Counted from the first letter of the stretch, positions 10,701 through 21,186 are shown. The stretch: DNA of 64,000 nucleotides from a virus (IMGVR_UViG_3300032296_001209:33354-97353), one strand, 5' to 3'. Numbers and translations are program-made. The notes: generated from the sequence alone by a model not told the origin.

Positions 10701-13700
10701 TATACCAATCATAGACTTAATGATCTCATTCTCAATACCTCTTATAGTGGTATCATCTGTAGTCATCATAGCTTCTTTACTAAATAAATCATCTAATAAA
10801 GACTTATACTCAGAATCTGTAGTAGTATCTTTAGCAATACCTATATTAGGCATTAGAATACTTAACTTATCAATATCAAAGTCACCACCAGACTTAGCAA
10901 CTAGTTCAGTTGGAACAATTACAATAGATCCGGCTTCTGGAGGTAAGAACTCACCAACCTCCATGTATTCAATAGAGTTAAGACCTTGTACAGGAATACG
11001 TACACCGATCATTTTGATGGTTTCTCCGTTAATACTTTGCCATAATGTATCTTTTAGCATTTCATTAAGTCTAGCTAATGTATTTACTGGCTTACCATCT
11101 GTATGAATAGTAGTTAAAAGCTTTAAGAAATCACCTTGTAAAGCAATCTTTACTTGCATTGGTGTAATCTTACCGTCTACTATATCATAAAAAGCAAGAC
11201 CATTTGTACCATACTTTAATAGATCTTCTTTAGATGGATTACTAAACTTAGGATTCTCAAATCCGGAACTAGATACTTGTACTAACTGCTCACCCCTTAC
11301 AGTAGGTCTTACAATCTTTCTTTCAATGATTGCAACAAGCTGCTTCTCAATAGCATTAGAATTGATAATACTATCAAAGTCATACTTTAAACTACCATCC
11401 TCATTTACATCTAGAATATCCATCTGATGTTCAGGAACCTCTAAACGTACTAATTCTTTCTGGATAGCTTTAATTAAATCTTTCGGATCTCCTTTAATTA
11501 GTTTACCATCAGCACTAAATTCTAGGCCTACCTCTTTAAATAACTTCTGCTTATAGAACTTTACATAGTTATCAATAGCTTTCTCATATCGCTCTACAAT
11601 TGGTTTATATTCTTTCTTAAGAGGTTTACCATTAGCATAAAGGTTAGTCTCAATAATTGTACGTAACTGAGAAGACAATGTAACTTTACCTTTAAAGTAT
11701 GGAGCAATGTCTAACTGATTCTTAAAGAAGTTTAAGTTAATACCATTTATAGGATACTCACCAGAATATAATGTGCGCTTTGTAGCGTCCGTATACATAT
11801 TAGGAATAGTACCATCTTCTAATGTAATATTAGAGATCTTACTACCTGACTTATATAATGCATAAGATATACCTTGCTCAAGCAATTGCTTATGAAACTG
11901 CTCTAAGTTAGTATCCTTAATAACTGAAGGAATCAAAGGCATCAATGAAAACTTATGTAATCCAGAAACATTTAGTTTCTCTGTTTTTAAAGGACCATAA
12001 TAACTGGCTTTTAATACTGGGAAGAACTCAGATGCTTTTCTAGGATCTACAGAAGCAGGATCATTAATAATCTGGTTATACAAATCTTCTTGTATATCAG
12101 ACCATTTATTTAAAGATCTTAAGAAGTTACGATAGAAATCAAAAGTAATCCAACCCTGACCATCACCTTCAGTAATCTTTTTATAAGGTTTTAAAATCTT
12201 TTCAGCTCTATCTTCACTTACTCCAAGACTAGTTAATAACTGTTTGTAGTGACTATAGTATACTGATTCTGGTTCTACATCATCAAGAACTGTAGTTTTA
12301 ACAGCTGAATCAAATCTTAACTTTGGTAAACCTTCTTTCTCAGCATATGTATTGTTACTTGTATTATTTAAGTAATCAATAGTGTACTTATCTAAAATAC
12401 TAAAGTCTCCTGTAGAAGCAATAGCTGCATTACGTTTAGGAAACTCTTCTTTGTCATGCTTAAACTGAGAAGCATCACCATAAAATAGTTGTGTCTCAAA
12501 GTTATTAAACCATGAGTTATACGTATAAACCTCATTTACTAACTCTAATTGATCTTGAGGATTAATAGCATATATATTAGTTTTATCTAAACCTTTACCA
12601 ATTCTAGTTTCTTCAGCAATCTTATTTCTAATTTCAGGACTTAGTAATACACTTCCAGTAACAGCACTAATCTGAGTCCAGATCTTATAATTAGTTTTAA
12701 TCTGATTATCAAAATATTTACCTGAATCTTTTTTAATAGCTTTCTCTAGTTCTTCAGAGTAAACTATATCATCTATAGAATCTGCATTATCTACTAACTC
12801 GTAAAGCTTAGCTTTAGTAGGACCAGATAATACAGAATCAAAAGCCATAATCTTAGTACCATTCTTCTTAAAACTATCTACGTTTTGTAGTGAAGGAATG
12901 TTTTTAATGTACCAGATTCTTTCTAATTCAGCAGATAAGTAGTTTAAGATAATAGGCATTGCAGAATCATGTCCATATCTAGCTACATCTTTAATAGGTA
13001 GTATTAAATTATCTACTCCAGATTCACCGTAGTATTTATTCATACCAACACCATAAGAAGAACTTTTACTAGCGTGTCTAGGAAGCTCTGGTGTTTTACC
13101 TAAGATAATGGCATGTACATCAAACATAAACTTATCATACTTATTAAGTTTGTTTGTTTTAATACCTTCAACAGTAATACCATTAAAGTCTCTACGGATA
13201 CCACTTAAGTTCTCTAAACTAAGAATAACATCTTTTCTTCTATTACCATTAGCATCAAAGAGAGAGTTAATGATATAAGAATGTTTAGCATAAGGATTAT
13301 TATTAGGATGGTAAACACTTAAGTATTGAAACTCAGGATCTTGTAACATCTGATCCATAAACTCAAGTTTATTAAGACCATCAATGATCTGACTTAAAGA
13401 GTTTCTTAATGATGTTTCATACTCCATGTTACCTTCAGGATTCATGATACCAGTACTAAAATCACTAGAAGTATATCTTGCCTGCAGAGTTAAAAGTTTA
13501 CTTACATATCCCGCTTGATTACCCTGCTTAGGATCCCTAAAGAACTTAATAGGGTTAGTAATTATAGTTTTATTTTCTTTAGCTTTTTCTAAAGCTTCTA
13601 TTAAATAATCAAATGCAATATGTGTCTCCTTGCTTTTTCTATCTACTACAGCATTCTCTAGTGCTGCTCTTAAAGTAGGATTATTATCCAAATAGAAACC

Positions 13701-16700
13701 TATAGCTTTTAAAAAGTCAAATACATTATACTTATTAATTAATGAAAAGTCTTCAAGTACCTTATCTATATTTAAAATAGGTGTTGAACCTTTCTTTCTA
13801 ATTACATACTTAGATTTACTAACTAGGAACTTAGAATTAAAAGTATTAATGATCTTTGTTGTATCACTAGTAGCTCTCTGAATGTATGTAGAAACTTTAG
13901 TTGAACTAGGTTTTCCTTCCTCTTCTTCAATAGAAGTAGAAAGCCTGTGCTCTATAATAGGAGTTACTGTTTTATTAAATGTTTGAGCAAATCCTAACCA
14001 ACGTTTAAAGTTAGCATTATTAATTTGAGATTGACTTGGATCTCCCAACTTAGCAATTAACTGTGCTACTTCTGGAAAACTTTCTTGTAAGCCAATTAAC
14101 TTAGTATATATCTCATCAAAACTATTTGAGTTAATTAAGGTTTTAGATATGGTACTCCAAGCTTTACCAAACTCAACAAGCTTATTAAAACCTAATCTGT
14201 TCTTGATAGGTTCTCCGTTTGCTTTTACTTGGTATAAACTCTTAACCATATAAAGAGCTTGTTTAGAAGCTAACTCTTTTAATGATTTATCATTACCGGT
14301 ACGGTCAAAACTATCTATACTTGGATCTGACTTATCTTCTTCTGCTTCAAGAACTTTTGCTTCAAATGCTAAGTACTTAGATTTTTGTCTATGATAAGCA
14401 ATAACACCTGATTTTTCTTTACCAGAAATAACGTTATCTAATTCACCAAAGTTATTAATAGCATACTCTAAAATCCGAATATTATTTCTATCTACAGTAT
14501 CAGCACCATCAGGATCATTTTCAACTCTAGCAATTGTATCAGTTAAAATATCTTGAAAGTACTGCTTAGTATTCTTATATAAGAAATCTAATGCTCTCTT
14601 ATCACTATAAATAGCTGAAACGTTTAATCCAGTAGCATTAATAATTTCTGAAAAAGCACCATCAACTGATTCATTGATTAACCTACTATCTGATAAACTA
14701 ATACTTGGTTCTTCTTCATTTAATGGATCTATACCTCTATACAAGTTACCAAACTGCATGTTCTCTACAGAGTACGCATACTCAAATAGATTACCCAATC
14801 TTAAGTTATCATATAACTCTTTTACTAATGGTACAACAGTGGGGTCTACAATATCAGTTTGACCGGTAAAGAAAGCTTTTACAATACGCCATAATTTCTG
14901 GAAGATGCTCTCATTAGGTTTAACAAGAATTTTCTTACCATCAGATAACACATAACCTCTAAAGTCTTCAGCTAAGTATTCTTCTACTTGCTTATCTGTA
15001 GCATTAGCTAAATACTTAACTCCTTTTCTTACTGAATTATATAAGCTTTGCTTTTGATCTTGTGTTAATAGTAACTGAGAGAATGCATGCCATGCTTCAT
15101 GGTATAACGTAGTGTAATCTTTTTTACCGGCTTTTGTAAATAATGTAATACCACTAGAACTAAATAGTCCCAATGCATCTGAGTTAGTTAAAGCAATTGC
15201 TTCATTAACCGGAATCATTGTAGAAAGTTTTACTTTCTCACCATCTACCATAACCTCTAAAGATCCATACCAATCTTTAATCTTCTTAATCTCTTCAGGT
15301 GTAGTATTTACAGTTTTAAATCCGGCTCTTTTTAGACTATTATTAATATCATTAATAAGGTCCATATCAAATGTACCTTTAAAACCAGAGGGTGTAGTAT
15401 TTACATTCTGATTCTTGATAACAGTTTTAGGTTTAGCTTTTACTTTAGCTTTTGGTTTGGTTTCTTTAGTCTCTTCTTCAGCTGGTACCTCTTGTTTCTT
15501 TTCAGTTGGATACATTTCTTCTAATGCCTCTACTGTAAATTCATACTGCAGACTGGGATTAAAAGTTTTAATAGTACCATCATTACGTAATACAGTAAAT
15601 ACTACGGTATTCTGTCTTACAAAGTCATTATAGTTAACCTTACTTTTTGCAAACTTTCCTGACTTATAGTTAGGTACATCTATCTTACCATCAATGTTAT
15701 CCTTTGATATGTTTATATAAGCAGTAGCTAATTGCTCTGCTATAAAATCTTCATCAGCTAAATCCGGATTTTCAGAATCATATATCACATCCTTATCTGA
15801 ATAGATACTTAACAATGGTTTCTTAGTAGTATTATCATAACTGATATTAAAAGTACCATCATTAATATTATAGATGTTCTCTAGTATTCCAAACTTTACA
15901 GCGGTTGATACTTTAGGATCTACAATAAGCTTTGCAAGATTCTTAGCTAACTCAGCAGATGTTTTATTTGGAAATATCTGTACTAGATCACCAAACTTAT
16001 CTAACTTCAAATATGTTTTACCAAAGTTATCAAACTCTATATTACTAATAGTATCTGAAGTAACATTACTTACCTCTGTTAACTTAACAGGAGTATCAGA
16101 TAATAAGTTAAAACCAGATCTACCACCAACTATATTTAAAGGTAAAGCTAAAGTCTTATTACCTATGAAGGTCTTAATAAACTTATCTACTAACTGTACT
16201 TCTTTAGTTCTTTGATCCTCTAATTGTTTTCTTAAGACATCAGCATCTGGAATTTCTACTCCAGCTTTAGCAGCCCTAGCAATAGTTCTTTCTACAAGTT
16301 CATCTATAGGTGCAAGACTGGTTTCACCACTCTCTATAAATATAAATTCTCTTTTACCCTTATTAGTGTTAGGGGTAATGAAATCAGTTACGGGAATAAT
16401 AGCACCTTCTGCTTCATCCTGACCCTCAATGTTTGTAATATAACCTCTGCTATTTACAAAGATTTTCTTATATCCATCTTTAGTAAGTGTGGCAAAAGAT
16501 AACTGTGTAATTCTACTACCTCTAGATGTAATTATATCAGTAGGAATCATATAGATCCCTTTGATCTTGGTACCGTTAGATGCGGTTATCTCTATTTGTT
16601 CAGCACTATTTAGATTTTGTTTACTTAATCTATCTAGAATAGAACGCATAAATGCATATGTAGCAATCTTTTCAGGATCTGGATCTGCCTCACCTATTAG

Positions 16701-17192
16701 TTCACCCTCATCATTAACCTCTTCTTCTTGACCAGTGGTAACTAGACCGGTAGTATGCTTTGCTTGAAATTCTATATCATTACTTAATTCTGTTGCTTTC
16801 TCTAATTGAGAACTAACAATACCAGCTTTCTTTCTTACTTGCTCTAGTCTTTCTGGACTTAACTCTTTTACAGCAAGGTATTTTTCTACAACAGTAACAT
16901 CTTCAAAGCTATCTCTAAGATCTAAAACATCATCAGTACTAATTTGATTATCTCTAAGATGCTTACGAACATTAGGATTTTTGTTAACAATAGTAGCAAC
17001 TATTCTTGGAAGTAACTGTATATAGGTTAATCCTAAACTAGGATCATTACTGGCAGCAACTACTTGCTCATAAAATTGATTAACGTAATCTTTTAAATTA
17101 TAAGGTGTTTTGTTATCTGTAATTACAGATAAATCTTTAAAAACTTTAGCATAAAACTGCTGCTGTTGTAATGCGGATAGTGAGCAATTCAT
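7749..17192 (-). CDS. crAss-like virion RNA polymerase (single-chain, double-psi-barrel) with N-terminal zincin domain
   Basis: 3147 aa. RIPVQG...GGDFDIDK (DFDID at 10869-10883, the crAss/phi14:2 gp66-type catalytic motif); DGQGWIT and KFSLMPL conserved blocks; HEAWH at 15087-15101 followed by EEYLAEDF. Confidence 0.92.
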   Translation of the reverse strand: MNCSLSALQQQQFYAKVFKDLSVITDNKTPYNLKDYVNQFYEQVVAASNDPSLGLTYIQLLPRIVATIVNKNPNVRKHLRDNQISTDDVLDLRDSFEDVTVVEKYLAVKELSPERLEQVRKKAGIVSSQLEKATELSNDIEFQAKHTTGLVTTGQEEEVNDEGELIGEADPDPEKIATYAFMRSILDRLSKQNLNSAEQIEITASNGTKIKGIYMIPTDIITSRGSRITQLSFATLTKDGYKKIFVNSRGYITNIEGQDEAEGAIIPVTDFITPNTNKGKREFIFIESGETSLAPIDELVERTIARAAKAGVEIPDADVLRKQLEDQRTKEVQLVDKFIKTFIGNKTLALPLNIVGGRSGFNLLSDTPVKLTEVSNVTSDTISNIEFDNFGKTYLKLDKFGDLVQIFPNKTSAELAKNLAKLIVDPKVSTAVKFGILENIYNINDGTFNISYDNTTKKPLLSIYSDKDVIYDSENPDLADEDFIAEQLATAYINISKDNIDGKIDVPNYKSGKFAKSKVNYNDFVRQNTVVFTVLRNDGTIKTFNPSLQYEFTVEALEEMYPTEKKQEVPAEEETKETKPKAKVKAKPKTVIKNQNVNTTPSGFKGTFDMDLINDINNSLKRAGFKTVNTTPEEIKKIKDWYGSLEVMVDGEKVKLSTMIPVNEAIALTNSDALGLFSSSGITLFTKAGKKDYTTLYHEAWHAFSQLLLTQDQKQSLYNSVRKGVKYLANATDKQVEEYLAEDFRGYVLSDGKKILVKPNESIFQKLWRIVKAFFTGQTDIVDPTVVPLVKELYDNLRLGNLFEYAYSVENMQFGNLYRGIDPLNEEEPSISLSDSRLINESVDGAFSEIINATGLNVSAIYSDKRALDFLYKNTKQYFQDILTDTIARVENDPDGADTVDRNNIRILEYAINNFGELDNVISGKEKSGVIAYHRQKSKYLAFEAKVLEAEEDKSDPSIDSFDRTGNDKSLKELASKQALYMVKSLYQVKANGEPIKNRLGFNKLVEFGKAWSTISKTLINSNSFDEIYTKLIGLQESFPEVAQLIAKLGDPSQSQINNANFKRWLGFAQTFNKTVTPIIEHRLSTSIEEEEGKPSSTKVSTYIQRATSDTTKIINTFNSKFLVSKSKYVIRKKGSTPILNIDKVLEDFSLINKYNVFDFLKAIGFYLDNNPTLRAALENAVVDRKSKETHIAFDYLIEALEKAKENKTIITNPIKFFRDPKQGNQAGYVSKLLTLQARYTSSDFSTGIMNPEGNMEYETSLRNSLSQIIDGLNKLEFMDQMLQDPEFQYLSVYHPNNNPYAKHSYIINSLFDANGNRRKDVILSLENLSGIRRDFNGITVEGIKTNKLNKYDKFMFDVHAIILGKTPELPRHASKSSSYGVGMNKYYGESGVDNLILPIKDVARYGHDSAMPIILNYLSAELERIWYIKNIPSLQNVDSFKKNGTKIMAFDSVLSGPTKAKLYELVDNADSIDDIVYSEELEKAIKKDSGKYFDNQIKTNYKIWTQISAVTGSVLLSPEIRNKIAEETRIGKGLDKTNIYAINPQDQLELVNEVYTYNSWFNNFETQLFYGDASQFKHDKEEFPKRNAAIASTGDFSILDKYTIDYLNNTSNNTYAEKEGLPKLRFDSAVKTTVLDDVEPESVYYSHYKQLLTSLGVSEDRAEKILKPYKKITEGDGQGWITFDFYRNFLRSLNKWSDIQEDLYNQIINDPASVDPRKASEFFPVLKASYYGPLKTEKLNVSGLHKFSLMPLIPSVIKDTNLEQFHKQLLEQGISYALYKSGSKISNITLEDGTIPNMYTDATKRTLYSGEYPINGINLNFFKNQLDIAPYFKGKVTLSSQLRTIIETNLYANGKPLKKEYKPIVERYEKAIDNYVKFYKQKLFKEVGLEFSADGKLIKGDPKDLIKAIQKELVRLEVPEHQMDILDVNEDGSLKYDFDSIINSNAIEKQLVAIIERKIVRPTVRGEQLVQVSSSGFENPKFSNPSKEDLLKYGTNGLAFYDIVDGKITPMQVKIALQGDFLKLLTTIHTDGKPVNTLARLNEMLKDTLWQSINGETIKMIGVRIPVQGLNSIEYMEVGEFLPPEAGSIVIVPTELVAKSGGDFDIDKLSILMPNIGIAKDTTTDSEYKSLLDDLFSKEAMMTTDDTTIRGIENEIIKSMIGIMEIKENFVQLITPNETDIVKPIADELAKYNREYDPRAKAEFQSSEFIISPTRMFETQNNLYKHESNNIGKLTLGIGAVSNKYSVLLNRVGAYLNKTYTFLDSKGKTRTAKNRILFKHNKTEDGKISLSDLNSKDSAVYISDVISQLMNGWVDVEKDSWVFDMNAIYELTPTLLYMLQAGVDVETASYFLSQPLIRDYISAYRVLNGMYTKSLDASGDSAKGPGFLKFKAKQYVINKYGLFDPEHKLELKKKIKDPFLLKQLYNANTMKNPLASKKSLTAAVDIMTKAYNVYAISNENIKKVVQNGEKRSPLAMLSFIHFLEVEDQAQVMREISSSTNVDTKKSGNLFQAKSRLSKLEQLEEGNRLPQEITTRMENQSSIAPFFIQDYILNVFKDYFPLRASDTINTYLTDIINNNYNIIREEYKDVESFVDLFRNDLLQFIIQNSIGSVDINTVKDYKGYAVSDSIDVEKVRGLKRSAVYYEGKIYLDRAKLREEYNNKTYSKAEYEETGLAKLPADKRTDVIPLFSSEKQYTAFVLEREYLRATRDKGIFSDDIYEKGLVQDALHNVYNLKSMFFGTNSFPDKFEMVKNAIENKDYSLFDYLVYDSQQIKTPTKNATIKNLRLTGDTKDPDFLEEMNIQFEELSDVNVEKNPDPIINREISEFFNKLSIFGFMQSGMNKSYLSFVPILSSNNFKDIIKENIDKFTKVLESDKGNTALYRYYKKFGEQNSRNNITKYRFKNYVVDNTIEKMGDEVPKLPEGTSSTLTPRVYTYSYGKMRTIGLINKYSGLVGIYSKAKDNTGTNVIASDTYLGNASKVTGTTIGLPIFESFVGKAKYLNAADTANNMKLVEDTVTTLIELYEAGKTLLFNKEGYGILNDDPNIDKPAYMELFKELYYNFGYKNPVFAEDPEFKEYIYSVQPINQVFEEDADSAPDTEDQVVKEKEVTLVDGNIYPASAINSKMLEEMGYDEDTIGEILKEICG

Positions 17193-17196
17193 ATTA

Positions 17197-20100
17197 TTAA
17201 CAACCTATATTATTAAAGAAATCATTATTTACATCTTTTTCAGACTTGTTATTAGTCTGATCTTCAAGTTTCTTAGTGGCTTCCTCATTATCTAAGAAGT
17301 CATCTATATTCTGTGAGTTAGTCTCAATAATCTTTTTCTCTTCTGCTGAAGGAGAAGGAACATCTTTAGTACCAACTACTACATTGGACTCTGTATCATA
17401 TAATGATTTTACCATTTTTGAGAAATCTTTCTTTAAAATTGTAATGCGTTTATTAGCATCTTTTGCCGGAGTCATACGCTCACCATACAAAGGTACTACA
17501 GTTAACTTAGTTGAAGTAACTTTCTCAACCAAACCAAACTTATTATCCCCAAATACTAATACATCTCCCACTTTAACATTCTCATACTTTACAGACTTAC
17601 TCAACTCTTGTTTACGAGACTCAATTGCTTTATTAACTGCATCAATATTAGCTGGATCTTCAGCCAGTAAATCTAAATCTAGTTCTTCTAGCATAGTATC
17701 TAACTCACCAAGTGACTTGGCTTTACTAATTGTATCTAGGATTGGTTGTAATGGATCAGTAACTACTTCAGCTTCTATAACCGGTTCTTCTTCTACAGGT
17801 TCTTCTGTTTTAACAGGTTCAGCTTTAGGTGCTTCTGCTGGTTTTGCTGGAGCTTTCTTTTCATTAAATGCTTTAACATCTGCAGCATTCTCAGGATCTT
17901 TAAAGAACTTAGTAATAATTCTTCTAGCTGAAGCTGTACGTAAGAATCTATCTAAAGGTAATTCTGATTCACCATCAGCTTCTCTAGCAGAATTCTGTTG
18001 AGTTAATGCAGATCTAATTAAACCTTGTAGCTTAACTGGTAATGTATTAAACTGTTTAACTGATTGAATTAAAGGTACACCCTCTTCTTGCTGTATCTCA
18101 TCTGATACAGCGGGTTGATCTTCTACCACTTCTTCTTCTGTAACTACTTCTTCTGCTGGAGCTTCCTCTGTTACTTCTTCAGTTACAATACCATCAAACT
18201 CGTTAATAATACTAAAGATAAGTAAAGATCTTGGATCAGTCTTATCAAACTCTCTATCTGAATTAAAATCTATAAATACAACATCTAGATCATTAATAAT
18301 AGTTTTTACAAACTCATCATAATCTTTACTTACATCTTTAGGTAAAGAAGATAGTTTTATACCATAACCTCTATCAGCTAGATACTGAATAAAATCTCTA
18401 ACCTTTACAGCATTAATAAAAGACTTTCTAGCATTTTGCATATAAGCAACTTGCTTTTCTTGTCTATATTTTTGTTGTTCTACAAGTCTATTTACATAAT
18501 CATAGAAACTCTGTGGATCATATAATGAATTCAGATTCTCTGTAAATATATTTACATCATCTGATAATGAATAGTAATCAGTTATTATATTATAAGCTTC
18601 CGCAGCTTCAGTTTTAGAGATAGTTGTACCTGCCTCTTGTGCTAAAGTATTAAAGTATTTAATAAAAGCATCTCTTAAAAATCTTTTATTTTTTAATTGT
18701 TCAGAATCAGATACATCTCCAACTTTCTCAAGATTTGTTTTATATAACTCTAATGCTTTCTTCTTAGCTTTTTTATAATTAAGAATCTTTAAAGTTTCTT
18801 TATCTGTAGAACCGGTTAATGATTTGATTTCACTATCTAATAAATCTAACTCTTGTTCAAGATTGTTAGAATTTAATAAGGGTGTAATATCTGAGTATGT
18901 TAATTTACCAATTGTACCAATAGCTGTAAGTCTATCAGTAAGCTCACCCATTCTTTTCTGGGCTTGCTCTCTACCATGTAAACTAAATACAGCAACCTTT
19001 CTTGCTTCTTCAAATGCTTTATAGTTTATTACTTCTTTAACATAAGCATCTTTAGTTTCAGGATCTGATAGATTAGTTCTTCTAAATCTATTAGGATTAA
19101 AAGGATTTTTATAATCTGAGAATTCTTTATACTGCTCTTTAACTTGTTTAGCTCTTTCAATACTAACATCTAATACCTTTAAAGCATCTTCATCAGTTAC
19201 ATCTTCAGTTAAATCAAAGGCCTCTTTTAATTCAGAACCCTTCATATCTTTTAGATTCTCTAGCTTTTGTATTAAGAGATCAAATTTACCAGATTCTAAT
19301 GCTGTATAAATACTATTAAACCGTGCCATATCTTTTAGATCATGAAAAACTTTCTCATCAAAGTTCTTCCTAGCCTCTACCATGTCTGTACCTAATCTAA
19401 CTTGCGTTAGTAGATTTTCCATATCTAAAGTTAAAACCTTCTGACCATTCTTAATAGCATCATCTAATTCAGTAACTATACTTTTAAATCTTTCTTGTTC
19501 TGCTTTATATAATTGATTATACTTTTCAGGATCATTTTTAATGTAGTTATAATAAACATTAGAACCCGCTCTTCTTGATACATTAGCTAAATTACCAGCA
19601 ATACCGGTAAGACCACCCATCAAAAATCCTGACGCAAATACTTCAAGACCTTGCATAGAAGCTTGTCTCTTAGTATTCTCATAGGCATCAGCCAAGTAAA
19701 TCATAATACCACCAGCTTCTGGGGTATCATATAATCTATCATAATAGTTCTTAGAAGCACCAGCCACAACCTCTTGAGAAATTTCCTGAATACCTTCAGA
19801 TAAGTTTCTCTTAAAGTATTGGGCTCCAAAGCTTAAATACTCTTTAGGTTTTAATAATTTCTTAGCTGCTTCTTTTGCAGTTAAAACTGTAGCACCTTCT
19901 GTACTAGCAATAATCTTTTCTCCAGTTAATGCTGATCTAGCAATAACATCATTTGTTGGAGCATTTAGCATTGCTGCTTTACCCTTAAATAAGTTATTAA
20001 AGGTGATAGCATTTGTAAGATATATAAGCGGTGTGTTAATAGCACTAGTGGTAAAACCAGCATCACCAGCTAAACTATATATCCGGTTCATCTCTTCCTG

Positions 20101-21186
20101 TTCTGGATAGTATCCGTTCTCAGAAACAAACTGATTTATCTTATCATCAATAAATTCATTCTTAACAGCACCACCTTCCATAGAAGCTTCAGCAACTGTA
20201 TAACCAACTTGCTTAAGATCTAATATAAAATCACCAACGTTTCTTACAGCATTAGCATAACCAATTACATTATCTCCAGCATTTACTGTATTCCTAATAT
20301 TTGTTAAAGTTCTTGGTACAAGCGCTTCTGCAACACTTGTAACTCCTTGACCCAGCTTGGTAGCATTTAAACCTTTAATAGAGCTATAAGCTTCCCTTGC
20401 ACCATTAGCGGTGAATAACTTACGCATGTTAGCTAAGTCTTTAGCAGCTTTAACTGTCTTAGCAGAACTAGCTGCTAGAGCTGCTGGTAAAGTAGCGCCT
20501 TCGGTTAATGCTACACTACCTGCAATTACAGCTTCAGTTAATAAATAGTCTCCAACAATACCTGCTACAAATCCAGATTGCAATAATAAATTAGAGGCAA
20601 ACTGTGTAGCACCACCTTTAGTACTACCATACTCAGCCATAATTTTAGCAAACTCATCCGCAGCTACTTCATCTGTCATTGAGAAATCACCGGTGAGCAT
20701 CTCACCCATTCCTCTGTAGCTAGACTTAACTACAGATAAACCTAGTGCCGGTACTCCTAATAAGCCTCTACCAAGATCCTCATACCAAGATCTATTTTGA
20801 TTATAGATCTCATCGTTATTAGCTAAAGGATCAAAACCTAATTTATAGAAGTTATCATTATCACTATAGTATCTATTAAAGTTAGTTTTCTGATATCCGG
20901 ATTGAAAAGTTTTAATTTTAGACTTTTCAAAGACAATATCAGATTCAGTAATAGGAGATCTTAAAACATCCTTAGTAATATCAAAAGGATTATTCTTATT
21001 ATAATTTACTTCAAATCCTCCAGTAGGAACTGCTGGTATACTTACATCTTCATTATAAGGAACTAATGGTGCACCGGGTGGTAATGAATTCATACCATCT
21101 ACAAATACCATATCTGGTCCTTGTAATGAATTAGGTATACCGGTTTCTATACCTGGAGGTGGTAAAATGTTTTCAAAATCTGCCAT
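17197..21186 (-). CDS. Large virion-ejected protein, probably membrane-inserting
   Basis: 1329 aa; Gly/Ala-rich hydrophobic stretches (SGFVAGIVG, GFLMGGLTGIAG), AEASMEGG and SEGIQE motifs, coiled coils; immediately upstream of vRNAP. Confidence 0.65.
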   Translation of the reverse strand: MADFENILPPPGIETGIPNSLQGPDMVFVDGMNSLPPGAPLVPYNEDVSIPAVPTGGFEVNYNKNNPFDITKDVLRSPITESDIVFEKSKIKTFQSGYQKTNFNRYYSDNDNFYKLGFDPLANNDEIYNQNRSWYEDLGRGLLGVPALGLSVVKSSYRGMGEMLTGDFSMTDEVAADEFAKIMAEYGSTKGGATQFASNLLLQSGFVAGIVGDYLLTEAVIAGSVALTEGATLPAALAASSAKTVKAAKDLANMRKLFTANGAREAYSSIKGLNATKLGQGVTSVAEALVPRTLTNIRNTVNAGDNVIGYANAVRNVGDFILDLKQVGYTVAEASMEGGAVKNEFIDDKINQFVSENGYYPEQEEMNRIYSLAGDAGFTTSAINTPLIYLTNAITFNNLFKGKAAMLNAPTNDVIARSALTGEKIIASTEGATVLTAKEAAKKLLKPKEYLSFGAQYFKRNLSEGIQEISQEVVAGASKNYYDRLYDTPEAGGIMIYLADAYENTKRQASMQGLEVFASGFLMGGLTGIAGNLANVSRRAGSNVYYNYIKNDPEKYNQLYKAEQERFKSIVTELDDAIKNGQKVLTLDMENLLTQVRLGTDMVEARKNFDEKVFHDLKDMARFNSIYTALESGKFDLLIQKLENLKDMKGSELKEAFDLTEDVTDEDALKVLDVSIERAKQVKEQYKEFSDYKNPFNPNRFRRTNLSDPETKDAYVKEVINYKAFEEARKVAVFSLHGREQAQKRMGELTDRLTAIGTIGKLTYSDITPLLNSNNLEQELDLLDSEIKSLTGSTDKETLKILNYKKAKKKALELYKTNLEKVGDVSDSEQLKNKRFLRDAFIKYFNTLAQEAGTTISKTEAAEAYNIITDYYSLSDDVNIFTENLNSLYDPQSFYDYVNRLVEQQKYRQEKQVAYMQNARKSFINAVKVRDFIQYLADRGYGIKLSSLPKDVSKDYDEFVKTIINDLDVVFIDFNSDREFDKTDPRSLLIFSIINEFDGIVTEEVTEEAPAEEVVTEEEVVEDQPAVSDEIQQEEGVPLIQSVKQFNTLPVKLQGLIRSALTQQNSAREADGESELPLDRFLRTASARRIITKFFKDPENAADVKAFNEKKAPAKPAEAPKAEPVKTEEPVEEEPVIEAEVVTDPLQPILDTISKAKSLGELDTMLEELDLDLLAEDPANIDAVNKAIESRKQELSKSVKYENVKVGDVLVFGDNKFGLVEKVTSTKLTVVPLYGERMTPAKDANKRITILKKDFSKMVKSLYDTESNVVVGTKDVPSPSAEEKKIIETNSQNIDDFLDNEEATKKLEDQTNNKSEKDVNNDFFNNIGC

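Noticed and set aside
5990-17202. Split inteins as the explanation for the terminal cysteines
   Set aside because: No intein blocks (no C-terminal HN, Cys not at the splice positions, no TxxH); the Cys sit 1-4 residues from the termini.
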